Part shown: piece by piece, positions 7,178 to 16,794 of the stretch
Layout: every line of letters begins with the position of its first letter
Numbering within the stretch: the first letter of the stretch is position 1
IMG/VR virus record: IMGVR_UViG_3300044472_000066
Coordinates: 1 to 48,530 of that record
Length of the DNA: 48,530 bases
Source of the DNA: a virus
Lineage: Duplodnaviria > Caudoviricetes
Strand: one strand, 5' to 3'
Translations under genes and position numbers: made by a program
Notes under the pieces: generated by a model
The model's input: only the letters and a program-made list of their open reading frames with translations
Told to the model about the DNA's origin: nothing
Database searches by the model: none

Positions 7178-7573
7178 AATATTTCCGCGGTTTCAAAAAA
7201 GCTCAAGGAAATCAAAGGGTCGGGTCGATTCGGAAACTACAAAAAAATGGCGGCGAGGCTGGGCATTTCACAGCAGCATTTAAGTGATCTCGTTGCCGGA
7301 CGAAAAAATCCATCTATTCAGCTTATTAAATCAATGGAGAATATGTTTCAGATTCCGCTCAACCAATTGATCGAAAGAGAGGAGAATTTTTTCGTGGCCG
7401 AATCATCCGGAGCGCAAAACCTCACCGAAGCCGGAAAAACCCTAGTCGAAAAAGTAAAGAAGCTCGTGCTCGTCGCCGAGGACGACGTCATCCTGGCGCT
7501 TTTGCAAAACGTGGAACAATTCCAGGAAAAAACCGACGCCCTGCGCGAGCTCAAGGAGCTAAAGAAAAAATGA
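7148..7573 (+). CDS. cI: CI-like repressor (XRE HTH, no S24 peptidase domain seen)
   Basis: YKKMAARLGISQQHLSDLVAGRKNPSIQLI; divergent from cro. Confidence 0.8.
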   Translation: MSSEKYSQALNISAVSKKLKEIKGSGRFGNYKKMAARLGISQQHLSDLVAGRKNPSIQLIKSMENMFQIPLNQLIEREENFFVAESSGAQNLTEAGKTLVEKVKKLVLVAEDDVILALLQNVEQFQEKTDALRELKELKKK

Positions 7574-7953
7574 AAAAGCTTGGTTGGTGCTGTGCAATCT
7601 TTTTTGGTCTCATCATTATAGGAAGCTTCGGCAAAAAGAGCTCGGATCCTCCAGAACTAAAAAATCCTAGGCTCGATGCGGCAATTATGGCGGTATATGC
7701 GGTCAAGAAGGCGCAACGGAACCCGGATAGCTTCGTGTTGGAAAAAGCGATTGTCACGAGCTCCTCGGTTTGTCTCCAATGGCGCGGGCAGAACGGCTTC
7801 GGCGGCATGAATAGGGGAAATTCCGTGGTCGAGCGCAGTTTGAAATTCGCTTTCAATGACAATGAGGCCGGTTTCCGTGCCGCATGGAACCGCGAGTGCG
7901 CGAATAAGGCGGGCGAGGATCTGACGCGCGAACTGCAAGCAGAGCTGCGTTAA
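7570..7953 (+). CDS. membrane-anchored protein co-transcribed with the repressor (possible superinfection exclusion)
   Basis: N-terminal TM helix; NPDSF...VCLQWRGQNGFGG motif. Confidence 0.65.
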   Translation: MKKLGWCCAIFFGLIIIGSFGKKSSDPPELKNPRLDAAIMAVYAVKKAQRNPDSFVLEKAIVTSSSVCLQWRGQNGFGGMNRGNSVVERSLKFAFNDNEAGFRAAWNRECANKAGEDLTRELQAELR

Positions 7954-7974
7954 CAATCGCGCGCTCTCTAGGTC

Positions 7975-8160
7975 TTATCCCCACGAAACTCGTTGGCAGT
8001 CCTCGCAAACTGCCGGCTCGCTGACGGCCGCTTGGGCGTAGAGCGCGCGTTTCTCGACTTCGTTACGAGCGATAAAAACCATCTCGCCGAGGCAATTGGC
8101 GCAGAACAGGTGCAGCTCGGCCAATACTTTGACCTGCTCCGGTAGCTCCAACGTTTCCAT
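7975..8160 (-). CDS. small zinc-ribbon protein
   Basis: CANC...CEDC. Confidence 0.5.
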   Translation of the reverse strand: METLELPEQVKVLAELHLFCANCLGEMVFIARNEVEKRALYAQAAVSEPAVCEDCQRVSWG

Positions 8161-8165
8161 TTATT

Positions 8166-8588
8166 TCATCCCTCTTGGATCAGAGACTTGTATTTGATCA
8201 CCGGAAAATCTTTTTTATAACTCTGATAAAGCTCGGCCTGGTCGAGCTGAAAGCGCGCCTCGTCGAAACGGCTCTGCTTGGCGATCTCGATCAGCAGCAG
8301 TCTTTCCACCTGGACCAGCTCGCCGATCTCCAGCGCGCCGATATCCACATCGCGCAGGTCGATCAACCGCTGGCGGATTAGCTGCTTGGCGGCCTTCGCC
8401 GACTGAGTCGCGCGCGAGAGCGCGGCATTGGCGTCTTTTAAGTTCCGGCAAGCCTGACTCAGCTCTTCGTCATCGATTTTAAGTGTTTTCATATTCCTTC
8501 CAATCCGGCGCGGCCACACCGGGCAGAGACCGCAGCGAATGCAATAAAAGCCTTCGGCGATCGGCGCACCGCAGCGCGGACAGGTCAC
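8166..8588 (-). CDS. hypothetical coiled-coil protein (possible start at MKTLK 8492)
   Basis: Coiled coil followed by SRFDEARFQLDQAELYQSYKK. Confidence 0.6.
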   Translation of the reverse strand: MTCPRCGAPIAEGFYCIRCGLCPVWPRRIGRNMKTLKIDDEELSQACRNLKDANAALSRATQSAKAAKQLIRQRLIDLRDVDIGALEIGELVQVERLLLIEIAKQSRFDEARFQLDQAELYQSYKKDFPVIKYKSLIQEG

Positions 8589-8989
8589 GAGTCAATAAAA
8601 AAACTGTGCGCTCCGATCACCGCGACGTTTTTTTCTTTCTTCGCCCAGCCCGGCCTGGGGATGCAGATCGCCAAGTTGCAATAAAGCACCGCTCCTTTGG
8701 CATAATTGCTCGATGCGGATTCTTTCCAGGCGCGCGCGCATTCGATCACCATTGGGTCGAGGTCATCGAGCTTAAGGCTGGCGATGCGGTTGGGGTCGCC
8801 AGGGTTCCAGCCCGAGAATTGGCTTGGCCGGAGCACGGTGCCGGCGATCGTCCCGTCGCTGGCATATCTGTAAGCGATCCTGTTTCGGATCACCTCGCCG
8901 ACGGCGCATTTTCCATTGAATTGTTCACCTCGCGCCTCTTGCCAGAGCGTGACGATTGCGAGGAGATCGGGCGAGATCAAAAAAGACAT
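8585..8989 (-). CDS. endolysin, SleB/Hydrolase_2-type cell wall hydrolase
   Basis: TLWQEARGE...AVGEVIRNR...SQFSGW...IGAHSF signature. Confidence 0.85.
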   Translation of the reverse strand: MSFLISPDLLAIVTLWQEARGEQFNGKCAVGEVIRNRIAYRYASDGTIAGTVLRPSQFSGWNPGDPNRIASLKLDDLDPMVIECARAWKESASSNYAKGAVLYCNLAICIPRPGWAKKEKNVAVIGAHSFFIDS

Positions 8990-9092
8990 AAAAAAACCCT
9001 CCGGCGCCATAAAAGCGCTCGGAGGGCCTTGTTATCCGCCAGGCCGCGGCGGAAATTTGCTCGATTATGGATTATCGCCGCCTGGGGCGCAA
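8990..9092 (-). promoter_or_regulatory. Promoter-leader-terminator module D upstream of the endolysin
   Basis: TTGCGC-17-CATAAT; hairpin TCCGCC-GCGGCCT-GGCGGA; terminator CCCTCCG...CGGAGGG-T7 abutting the ATG. Confidence 0.75.
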
Positions 9093-9104
9093 TCTGATTG
9101 CTGG

Positions 9105-9428
9105 CTAATTGTCGCGGCGCTCTTTTACCAGGAGCGGGAGCTTGAAAAAACCGTCGAGATTACCGGGCGCAGTGACCGTGATCTCCAGATCGAGTAGATC
9201 GCCCACCTCGACATTGACATCGGACTCGACAATGCCGCGATAGAGCCCATTGGACGCCGCGACATAGGAAAGAGTCAGCGGCCAAGTTGCGCCGCCGATT
9301 TCCGAGCCGTCGCTGTTTTGCTTGATCACCGCGGTGACCGTCGCGTTGTTCACGAACTGCTTGGTGACTTCGTTTCTGAGCGAACGCAATTCGAGCAGAG
9401 TATCGTTTTTCCAGTAAAGAGCTTCCAT
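9105..9428 (-). CDS. putative virion accessory protein (Ig-like beta sandwich)
   Basis: Beta-rich 107 aa; WPLTLSYVAASNGLYRG. Confidence 0.6.
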   Translation of the reverse strand: MEALYWKNDTLLELRSLRNEVTKQFVNNATVTAVIKQNSDGSEIGGATWPLTLSYVAASNGLYRGIVESDVNVEVGDLLDLEITVTAPGNLDGFFKLPLLVKERRDN

Positions 9429-9450
9429 AGAATAATCCCCCCCGTTTTTT

Positions 9451-11247
9451 TTAAGCCGCGCGGACGAGCGGCCCCCTTTTACTGCCGGCGCAGGCCGCGA
9501 TAACCGGCGCGCCACCAAGTAGCGGCTCTACCGAGATCGACACAGAGAAAACCGGGCCGATATCGGGCTCGCCACTGAGCACCGGCGCTACCGAGACTGA
9601 CGCGGAGAAGACCGGGCCAATATGCGGCTCGGCGCAGATCGGCCCCTCGCGGTGGGTTTCGACTAGCAAGACAGCCTGTGCCAGGTCGGCTTCGCTTGCT
9701 TGGCCGATGAGCCGGATCTTCGGGGCCCATATAACGGATTGCGCGCTGTCGCTCTCGGAGCATTGGCCGAGAGTCCATTGATGGGACGGGGTGACCGATT
9801 GCGCAGAATCGGACTCGGAGGCTTGGCCGAGCGTTTTGCGTTTCGCGCGCGCGATCGCCTGCGAGAGGTCGCCCTCGGAAGTCTGGCCGAGTATTTTGCG
9901 CTTGGCGCCGGCTACGGCGCCAGCAGAGTCGGTCTGGCTAGCCCGGCCGACGAGATAAAGCCGAGCCGGGCGGATAGTTTGCGCTAGATCAGTCTCGGAA
10001 GATTGGCCGAGAGTCTTTTGTTTGACAGACCTTGCCGGTCGCGCCAGGTCGGTCTCGGAACATTGGCCAAGCGCTTTGTTCTTAAGCGCCGTGATCGACT
10101 GCGCGCTGTCGGACTCGATAGCGCGGTCCACCGCTATGACTTTGTTCCCTGAGGCCGTGACTGCCTGGGCGAGATCGGTCTCGCTCGATTGGCCGAGCGC
10201 TTTGGTCTTGACCCTCGCAATCGACTGGGCGAGATCGGCCTCGGTCGACTGGCCGAGCGCTTTGGTCTTGACTGTCGTGATCGCCTGAGCGAGATCGCTC
10301 TCGGACGTCTGATTGACCAAGCGGCGCTGCGGATTGACGGCAATTGCTTGGGCGAGATCGGTCTCGTTTGGTTGGCCGAGCAATTTGCTCTTGACAGCGG
10401 TGATCGCCTGGGCGAGATCGGTCTCGCTCGATTGGCCGAGCGCTTTCGTCTTTAGCCGCGTGAGCGCTTGGGCGAGATCGGTTTCGGTCGATTGGCCGAG
10501 CGCTTTGGTCTTGACCGGCGTGATCGCCTGCGCGAGATCGGTCTCGGTGGTTTGATTGACCAAGCGCCGCTGCGGATTGGCCGTTACCGCTTGGGCGAGA
10601 TCGGTTTCGGTCGATTGGCCGAGCGCTCTGGTTTTTCGTGCCGTGACCGTTTGTGCCGAGTCAGTCTCAGTCGCCTGCGCCACTGCCACTAAATGCCCGC
10701 CGCGAGAGACAGCTTGCGCTAGATCGCTCTCAGTCGATTGGCCGAGCGTGACCGTCTTTCGCGCGCTGATTGCCTGCGACAGATCGGTTTCGCTCGCTTG
10801 GCCGATCAGCCGGCGCTGCGGATTGACGGCGACTGCCTGCGCGAGATCGGTTTCGCTTGCTTGGCCGAGTGTTTTGGTCTTGAGAGCCGTGAGCGCTTGG
10901 GCGAGATCGGTCTCGCTCAGTTGGCCGACCGTTTTTGTCTTTAGTCGCGTGAGAGCCTGGGCGAGATCGGTCTCGCTCGGTTGGCCGAGCAACTTGCTCT
11001 TGACCGCGGTGATCGCCTGGGCGAGATCGGTCTCGCTCGATTGGCCGAGAGCTCTGGTCTTTCGGGAAGTGATCGCCTGGGCGAGATCTGTCTCGCTCGC
11101 TTGATTGACAAGGCGATTTTTCGGCGCCCATGAGACCGCCTGGGCGAGATCGGTCTCGGTCGTCTGGTCTACCGCGACGCTGGTCGCGGCGGAGGGCTGC
11201 AAGCGAATAAAACTGAAATAGGGCGCTCTCCTGCTCGGGAAACTCAT
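9451..11247 (-). CDS. tandem-repeat fibre-like protein (about 20-aa LGQSSETDLAQAITAVKTKA repeats)
   Basis: Over 20 near-identical repeats in one open frame in the tail accessory region. Confidence 0.8.
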   Translation of the reverse strand: MSFPSRRAPYFSFIRLQPSAATSVAVDQTTETDLAQAVSWAPKNRLVNQASETDLAQAITSRKTRALGQSSETDLAQAITAVKSKLLGQPSETDLAQALTRLKTKTVGQLSETDLAQALTALKTKTLGQASETDLAQAVAVNPQRRLIGQASETDLSQAISARKTVTLGQSTESDLAQAVSRGGHLVAVAQATETDSAQTVTARKTRALGQSTETDLAQAVTANPQRRLVNQTTETDLAQAITPVKTKALGQSTETDLAQALTRLKTKALGQSSETDLAQAITAVKSKLLGQPNETDLAQAIAVNPQRRLVNQTSESDLAQAITTVKTKALGQSTEADLAQSIARVKTKALGQSSETDLAQAVTASGNKVIAVDRAIESDSAQSITALKNKALGQCSETDLARPARSVKQKTLGQSSETDLAQTIRPARLYLVGRASQTDSAGAVAGAKRKILGQTSEGDLSQAIARAKRKTLGQASESDSAQSVTPSHQWTLGQCSESDSAQSVIWAPKIRLIGQASEADLAQAVLLVETHREGPICAEPHIGPVFSASVSVAPVLSGEPDIGPVFSVSISVEPLLGGAPVIAACAGSKRGPLVRAA

Positions 11248-12575
11248 CTAATTTTTTCCGTGAACGAAATTATCCCGGCATTGCCGCGGTCCGCGCGCGA
11301 GTGCAGGAAATTGTTCCATTGTAGGGCCGGAGCATACTGGACAAAAGCGACTGCATAATAAGGCGGTTGAGTGTCGGTCTGGTTATCCACAGTCGGGGTG
11401 GAACTGCCCGAGGTGAGACTCGATGCGCCAGTTGCCGACCAAGAGGGATGGGTATGGGCCGTGGTCGCCGCGTTAGTCGACCCGGCCGTGCGGTTCTCGC
11501 CGGCGCCCGCCGCCGCCGTCACCGTGTGGGTGTGACTTGCAATCGGATGTGTATGTCCCGTAGGCGTATGAGTGTGAGTGAGCGAGCCCGCGGCCGTGCG
11601 AATATCCGAAAGCGTGTTGGCACCTTTGACGAACTGACTGCGTAGATCCGGCGTGTTTTTGCTCCCGTCGCAAAGATTCCACCCATCAGGGATCGCCGCC
11701 AGAGTGCCGATCCAGATCGCAATGATTCCGCGCGGCAGCTCGTCGTTGCCCCGGCCGTTATGGATGAAAGCCTGCTGCAGATAGGGAGGCTCGTTGGCTC
11801 CCGTGCCGGTCGCGTCCGTACTCCCGGTGATCGCCGGCGAGGTAGAACCGATCGTGAGGGTATGCGTGTGCGCTGAGGTCGCCGTGCCCACGTTTGCGCC
11901 CGATATGGAGCCGGCCACCAATCCCGAAGCCGTAGTCGAACTGGTCACGTCCGGATGGCCATGCGCATAGGGCGTGCTGTGAGTGTGACTCGCGAGCGTA
12001 TGGCTGTGGGTCGTCGCTCCGCCCGTGCTACCGCCATCACCGGCTGCCGCCGCTCCTTTGATGAACTTGTTGCGCAGGTCTGGCCGGCCGCCGCCGCCGT
12101 CGGCCAATGCCCATCCGGGAGGCACGTCGATGTTGTCGTTCCATAGCGTGATCGCGGCATTGGGGATGCCTAAAGGAGTTCCGTCCGACTTGATGAAGAT
12201 CACCGTAAAAAAAGGCGGCTCATGATTGATCGCGTCTGTCGTTGGCGTGTCGCCTGCCGTCGCCGTGGTCGGGTTCGTCGTACTGGGGTTGCTACCATGA
12301 GTATGCGTGTCCGCTGGATTCGTAGTCCCGGTGTCGCGCGCTGTGGCGCCGCTGCCCGCCGGAGAGTTGGGCACCGTATGCGTATGCGCCGTGGTGTGCG
12401 TGTGGCTTTGCGAAGTGTGTGTATGGGTCAGGGCCCCACCCGTGCCGCCGGGATCTGCCGCCGCCGCAGCGCCCTTCGGATATTTGGCGTCGAGAGCGGT
12501 CTCGCGCGACCACCCTGAGGGAATGCTCGCCGCCGTCGAAGGCCAGATAATAATGATGTTCGCTGCGATGGCCAA
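11244..12575 (-). CDS. tail fibre with three tail-collar-like modules and HxH metal-binding motifs
   Basis: IPSGW, VPPGWALADG..PDLRNKFIKG, IPDGWNLCDG..PDLRSQFVKG; many HTH/HSH motifs as in T4 gp12/gp37 tips. Confidence 0.8.
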   Translation of the reverse strand: MAIAANIIIIWPSTAASIPSGWSRETALDAKYPKGAAAAADPGGTGGALTHTHTSQSHTHTTAHTHTVPNSPAGSGATARDTGTTNPADTHTHGSNPSTTNPTTATAGDTPTTDAINHEPPFFTVIFIKSDGTPLGIPNAAITLWNDNIDVPPGWALADGGGGRPDLRNKFIKGAAAAGDGGSTGGATTHSHTLASHTHSTPYAHGHPDVTSSTTASGLVAGSISGANVGTATSAHTHTLTIGSTSPAITGSTDATGTGANEPPYLQQAFIHNGRGNDELPRGIIAIWIGTLAAIPDGWNLCDGSKNTPDLRSQFVKGANTLSDIRTAAGSLTHTHTPTGHTHPIASHTHTVTAAAGAGENRTAGSTNAATTAHTHPSWSATGASSLTSGSSTPTVDNQTDTQPPYYAVAFVQYAPALQWNNFLHSRADRGNAGIISFTEKIR

Positions 12576-12579
12576 GGAT

Positions 12580-12777
12580 CTAAGAGAGGCGATTGATCGG
12601 CGGCACAAGCGTCACGGGGACAACTCGGCTTTCTGCTTTTTTACCGTACTCATGGATGATCTGTCGCGCTTCCTCGAGCAGACCGTAGCAAAGGAGGCGG
12701 TCCCGGATCGGCCCCGTGACGTTGACAGTCGAGTCTTCGTTGAGAGTAATCGTCAAAATAACTTTTTCCTGCGCCAT
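12580..12777 (-). CDS. hypothetical protein
   Basis: Compact 65-aa ORF. Confidence 0.55.
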   Translation of the reverse strand: MAQEKVILTITLNEDSTVNVTGPIRDRLLCYGLLEEARQIIHEYGKKAESRVVPVTLVPPINRLS

Positions 12778-12778
12778 T

Positions 12779-13372
12779 TTATTTTTCCTCCCCCTCGATC
12801 GAATATTCGGCAAGGCCAATGTGGCGAATCTCGCGGGAGAGCTCCTCGTCGATAAAAATTTCGAAGCCCGCCTCGCTCGCCTTGCGGCAAAAAAAACGAT
12901 CCTCGCCGACGAGCTTCTCCCCGTCGAACGGCATCGCGAACCACGGCTCGGAGATCTCCTCGAAAACCCGCCTCTCGATCATCATCACCGCGCAGCCGAC
13001 GCTGATCACTCGGCCATTTTGAACGATAGCGGTTTGCTTGCCGCTGCGTTTGTCGACACAATTGGCCGCCACGATCGGCTTGTTGTGCCGGAGCATTTTC
13101 GCGATCAAGTCATAGGGAAATCTCATGTCACTGTCGATGAAAAGCACATAAGAGGCTTTTCTCCGAAGCGCCTCGCGCACGAGCATCGAGCGCTGATTCG
13201 GGATCACAGTGCCCTCGCACGGAATAAAATCAAGCGCCTCGGGATCGGCGAAAAGAGCGAGATAGAAAAGATCGCAAGCAAAACGCAGATGCACGAGATC
13301 ACGCGCCGGGGTGCAGACGGCGATCATTTTAAAATCGTTCTTTTTGAAGATTTGAGATTTGTCATCTTCCAT
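12779..13372 (-). CDS. GT2-like (GT-A fold) glycosyltransferase
   Basis: VCTP, YVLFIDSDM (DxD), VGCAVMMIERRVF, GEDRFFCRKA..GFEIFID..HIG. Confidence 0.75.
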   Translation of the reverse strand: MEDDKSQIFKKNDFKMIAVCTPARDLVHLRFACDLFYLALFADPEALDFIPCEGTVIPNQRSMLVREALRRKASYVLFIDSDMRFPYDLIAKMLRHNKPIVAANCVDKRSGKQTAIVQNGRVISVGCAVMMIERRVFEEISEPWFAMPFDGEKLVGEDRFFCRKASEAGFEIFIDEELSREIRHIGLAEYSIEGEEK

Positions 13373-13380
13373 GCGCCTCG

Positions 13381-13908
13381 CTAGTTGTACGAACTCAGCT
13401 CATAAATCATTCCGGTTAGAGTATTCGATGAGCTCGCCGTGCCCCAGGTCGCGGTGAGCGAAAGCGCAGTATCGGCAGTCAGGTCGCAGGTCGTCGCCGC
13501 GGGCGTCGCGCTCCCGGCCACGCACATGAGCTGCCCCGGCGTGGTCGCTCCCTGCACCATCACGTTGCCGATCAAGAGCAGAGTGCCAGTCGAGCCGTTG
13601 CTTCGCGTTTGTATAACGACATTAACTTCCCAGAGATTATTCGACACACCGCTGCCCGTGGTAAACGTCGGCGATAGGCCAATAATGGTCCCGGCCGCGC
13701 CTCCCCAGCGCACGTGAAACAGAAGCGTCGGCGTGCCAGTGGTCGAGTGCTTGCCGCTTGCGCGCAGGCGCAGCGCGCGACCGTCGGCCATGTAATTGGC
13801 CGGGATCGTCACGTTGGGAAAAACGATCGTTTCGGTGGTCGTATTGGCTATTGCAGTACCGTCGGCAACGGCCCAAGACAAAAGTTCAGTCCAGAATTGT
13901 CTGCTCAT
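13381..13908 (-). CDS. putative virion structural protein (Thr/Ser/Gly-rich beta protein)
   Basis: Composition and position. Confidence 0.6.
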   Translation of the reverse strand: MSRQFWTELLSWAVADGTAIANTTTETIVFPNVTIPANYMADGRALRLRASGKHSTTGTPTLLFHVRWGGAAGTIIGLSPTFTTGSGVSNNLWEVNVVIQTRSNGSTGTLLLIGNVMVQGATTPGQLMCVAGSATPAATTCDLTADTALSLTATWGTASSSNTLTGMIYELSSYN

Positions 13909-13920
13909 TATTCTCTCCCT

Positions 13921-14553
13921 TTACCGAGCTATCCCAGGCGCAAATGGACGCGGGCGATAAGCGCGGTTCGCGGTGATCGGTCCTGGTGGCGAGGTGTGGG
14001 CAGACACGCGCAAATGCGCGATAGCTGACACGTCCGATGCGCCACCGCCCACGCGAAACCGGCAAATAGCCGTGCTAAATGTCTTAGTGACCGCTGCGTT
14101 GCTGCCTGGCCATGCAGCAGCGGTACGCTCGACGCCTGTTGCGTCGAGAAACATCGCCGCCGCACTGGTCGCCGCATTAACCAGCACGCCCAGGGACGTG
14201 GAGGTATCTAACAATTCCATTTTATTAGGTCCGCGAGCATAGCTATAATCGCCGGAGGCGAGGTTAATGTCGTAGTTACCCGCTGACGGCAGGTCCAAGC
14301 GAAAATCAAGCCCCGGTGTCCACGGAGGATCGGCCCCAATCCAGTGTAGTCCCGCCAGTCTCACATCGGGCACGGTGGAACGGTCGCGCCTGTCCCCGCC
14401 CATGTCAGCAAGCGCAGACTCCCACCCGACAGTATTTCCCTGTGCGGTTGTGAACGGATAATCGGCGCCAGCGCTATACTCGCCAGCATCAGGCGACACG
14501 TCGGTAACGAACCCTGCAGTAGCGCGGAAATTTATGCCTTGTGGATAGGCCAT
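13921..14553 (-). CDS. putative carbohydrate-binding virion protein
   Basis: Beta-rich; FRLDLPSAGNYDINLASGD resembles a CBM-like domain. Confidence 0.55.
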   Translation of the reverse strand: MAYPQGINFRATAGFVTDVSPDAGEYSAGADYPFTTAQGNTVGWESALADMGGDRRDRSTVPDVRLAGLHWIGADPPWTPGLDFRLDLPSAGNYDINLASGDYSYARGPNKMELLDTSTSLGVLVNAATSAAAMFLDATGVERTAAAWPGSNAAVTKTFSTAICRFRVGGGASDVSAIAHLRVSAHTSPPGPITANRAYRPRPFAPGIAR

Positions 14554-14843
14554 AGACAAAGAATCTCGCCGGGCGCGGCTTCGAGTAAGGTAAAGGTATG
14601 TTGCTTCCCCATACCGATAAAGATTTTACTTCCCGCCGTAACCTCAAACGATTCCTGGTCAACCTCGCAGCGGAATTTTCCTTGCGTGCAAATCGCCATA
14701 TGGTCGTAACTGTGCGAGTGGAGCGGGACGCACCCACCGACTTCCGTCACTACGTTGGAGCGAAACTGTATCCCTGCTTCCGCCCACATCGAAAAGACGC
14801 GATGATTTTTCAAGTCGCTGTGTTCTTCGATTATTCCGGCCAT
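14532..14843 (-). CDS. cupin-domain protein
   Basis: PLHSHSYDH...GKF...IGMGKQHTF. Confidence 0.8.
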   Translation of the reverse strand: MAGIIEEHSDLKNHRVFSMWAEAGIQFRSNVVTEVGGCVPLHSHSYDHMAICTQGKFRCEVDQESFEVTAGSKIFIGMGKQHTFTLLEAAPGEILCLWPIHKA

Positions 14844-15250
14844 AAAGAATCCGGCAGGTTCACGTCGGCGATCACCACATCGCAAGCTGCAATGATCTCC
14901 GCATAGGTAGTCTTGCTCGCATTCTGCAAAGTGGTTGCCTCGGTTTTGAGGGCGTTGGTAATGTCGGTGATGTCAGAGACCGCAATTCCGATACGCGAAC
15001 AGCTGTTTTGCAGAATCGTGAGCTTGGCTGGCGTGTTGACGATATTCTCGCCCCATTGGATTCGCGTCAGATAGGATGCCGCCGCGTCGTTGACGAACTG
15101 GCGCAGGGTCGCAATGGCCGGTGACTGCGCTGACGCCATTGCCTTGTGAGTATTGGCATTGTTCGCCATGTCTCGCTGAAGCCCCACCACGTTGTTCATA
15201 ATCTGATCGAGCACCCGGTTGGCATGCAGTTTGGTTTGAGGTATAGCCAT
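14831..15250 (-). CDS. hypothetical helical protein
   Basis: 139-aa ORF in the operon. Confidence 0.6.
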   Translation of the reverse strand: MAIPQTKLHANRVLDQIMNNVVGLQRDMANNANTHKAMASAQSPAIATLRQFVNDAAASYLTRIQWGENIVNTPAKLTILQNSCSRIGIAVSDITDITNALKTEATTLQNASKTTYAEIIAACDVVIADVNLPDSLWPE

Positions 15251-15260
15251 CTTTAATTCT

Positions 15261-15830
15261 TCATCTACTCGTGATCACCGCCAGCGATTGCGACCAGGGG
15301 GAAACTCCCGCCGCATTTCCCGCGCGTAGCCGGATCTGGTACTGAGTATTCTTCTTAAGTCCGGTGAATAGGTAAGAGGTTATATTGGAGCCGGTCCGGA
15401 GAAGATTCATCGCGGGCGGCTTCTGTCTTGTGAACTCTATCTCGAAGTACTCCTCATTGCCTGAATTATCATGCCACGAGAGTGAGATGGACGTGTCGCT
15501 CGCAAGCGCGACAATTGTGCTCGGCGCGATCGGCACGGTAGAAAAGGGAATAGTTCCACAGACCGGATCGGTCTTCGCGGACTCGCCGGCGGCGTTGAAG
15601 GCGCTCACCTGATAGCAGAATTGCTGTCCTTCGTTGCCGCTGGCCGAGTCGCTGTAGGTCGTAATATCCGCCCCGATAGTCCCGATCAGAACGCCGTCGC
15701 GATAGATGCGAAATCCGTCTTCGTCGCTCGAGTTGTCTTGCCAGCTCAGCATAAACGTTTTGACCGCGGCTTTTCCATCTGCGGGCAATAGCAAGATGAG
15801 CGCTATGCCGAGTGCAAGAATCGATCTCAA
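15261..15830 (-). CDS. signal-peptide protein with two fibronectin type III domains
   Basis: LSWQDNSSDEDGFRIYR...YQVSAFNAAGES and LSWHDNSGNEEYF...YQIRLRAGNAAGVS; hydrophobic N-terminus. Confidence 0.8.
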   Translation of the reverse strand: MRSILALGIALILLLPADGKAAVKTFMLSWQDNSSDEDGFRIYRDGVLIGTIGADITTYSDSASGNEGQQFCYQVSAFNAAGESAKTDPVCGTIPFSTVPIAPSTIVALASDTSISLSWHDNSGNEEYFEIEFTRQKPPAMNLLRTGSNITSYLFTGLKKNTQYQIRLRAGNAAGVSPWSQSLAVITSR

Positions 15831-15831
15831 A

Positions 15832-16305
15832 TCAGCTCGCCCGATAAAATCCCGCCGTAGCGATCTGCGCCGTAATGTCGCTGCCGTCGGGCGTGACGAC
15901 GAAGTCGTGCTGAGTGAGCGGCACTATGCCCGAATCGGTGCCGCCCGTGCTATCGCTGTCGTAGCCGACGACGAAATCATTAAAGCCATCGCCGGCAGCG
16001 ACTGCGATCCAAGTTTGGTCAGGCATGTCGAGGTCGACCCTGTCGTTAGTATCGTCAGGCGCGAAAGCGACGATGTCGGAATCGGTCAAAGTTTTTCGCG
16101 CATAGCCGGAATTTGTGACCTCGTTCGTCGTGCCCGAAACCAGGGCGGAAAAGTCGTCCTTATCCTTCAACACCGCATCTGACTCGATGCCGGAGGTCGC
16201 CAGGATCAAAATCACGAGCACGGAGTTGGCCGGGTCATTGGTATCAACGCGATTGTAGAGCTCCGCCACTCGGCCAAGTGCAATATTGAAAACAAAATTA
16301 GCCAT
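15832..16305 (-). CDS. conserved phage structural protein
   Basis: MANFVFNIALGR...GYARKTL...TPDGSDITAQ pattern typical of minor virion proteins. Confidence 0.7.
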   Translation of the reverse strand: MANFVFNIALGRVAELYNRVDTNDPANSVLVILILATSGIESDAVLKDKDDFSALVSGTTNEVTNSGYARKTLTDSDIVAFAPDDTNDRVDLDMPDQTWIAVAAGDGFNDFVVGYDSDSTGGTDSGIVPLTQHDFVVTPDGSDITAQIATAGFYRAS

Positions 16306-16316
16306 TTTTTTTCTCC

Positions 16317-16775
16317 TTATTTGCGGTACTTATCGCCCAACTTTTTATGAAAAGCCTCGCGAATTTTTCGGTTCATAGCAATTGCCTGTTCGCGGCTGAG
16401 AGTGTCGACTTCCTTGCCCTGGAGTATGCAGGCAAAGAAATTGTCTTGGCGGTATCCGGCCGGATTACTCGGATCGGGCGAGGCTCCCTTATGGGTCGCC
16501 TCGATATGCGCGCGCGCCGCAGCGCCGTCGCTCACTGGCTCGTCGCAGTGGCAGCAATACATCCCAGGCGGATGAGCGATGACGTATGTGACAGCCTCCT
16601 TGCCACTGCCGAGGATGATTTTGTCGCCATCGCGCCTAAGCCAGCCCTCGGCCACGCCACCGTCGATAAAAGACGGTGTGAAATGCTGGCGCGCTTTGGC
16701 GCGTTGAATTTTGATCCCTGAAACTTTGAGCGGTTTGCCGTCCTTGTTCCTTTCATATTGTCTCTTGAGAAGCAT
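16317..16775 (-). CDS. hypothetical protein with C2H2-like motif
   Basis: CCHC...HIEATH. Confidence 0.6.
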   Translation of the reverse strand: MLLKRQYERNKDGKPLKVSGIKIQRAKARQHFTPSFIDGGVAEGWLRRDGDKIILGSGKEAVTYVIAHPPGMYCCHCDEPVSDGAAARAHIEATHKGASPDPSNPAGYRQDNFFACILQGKEVDTLSREQAIAMNRKIREAFHKKLGDKYRK

Positions 16776-16794
16776 AGTTCCTCCCTCGCTAAGA

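Noticed and set aside
9600-11170. Regularly spaced GGCGAGATCGGTCTCG repeats resembling a CRISPR array
   Set aside because: The 'spacers' are themselves similar, the period is a multiple of 3, variation is largely synonymous, the whole region is one ORF, and no cas genes are present.
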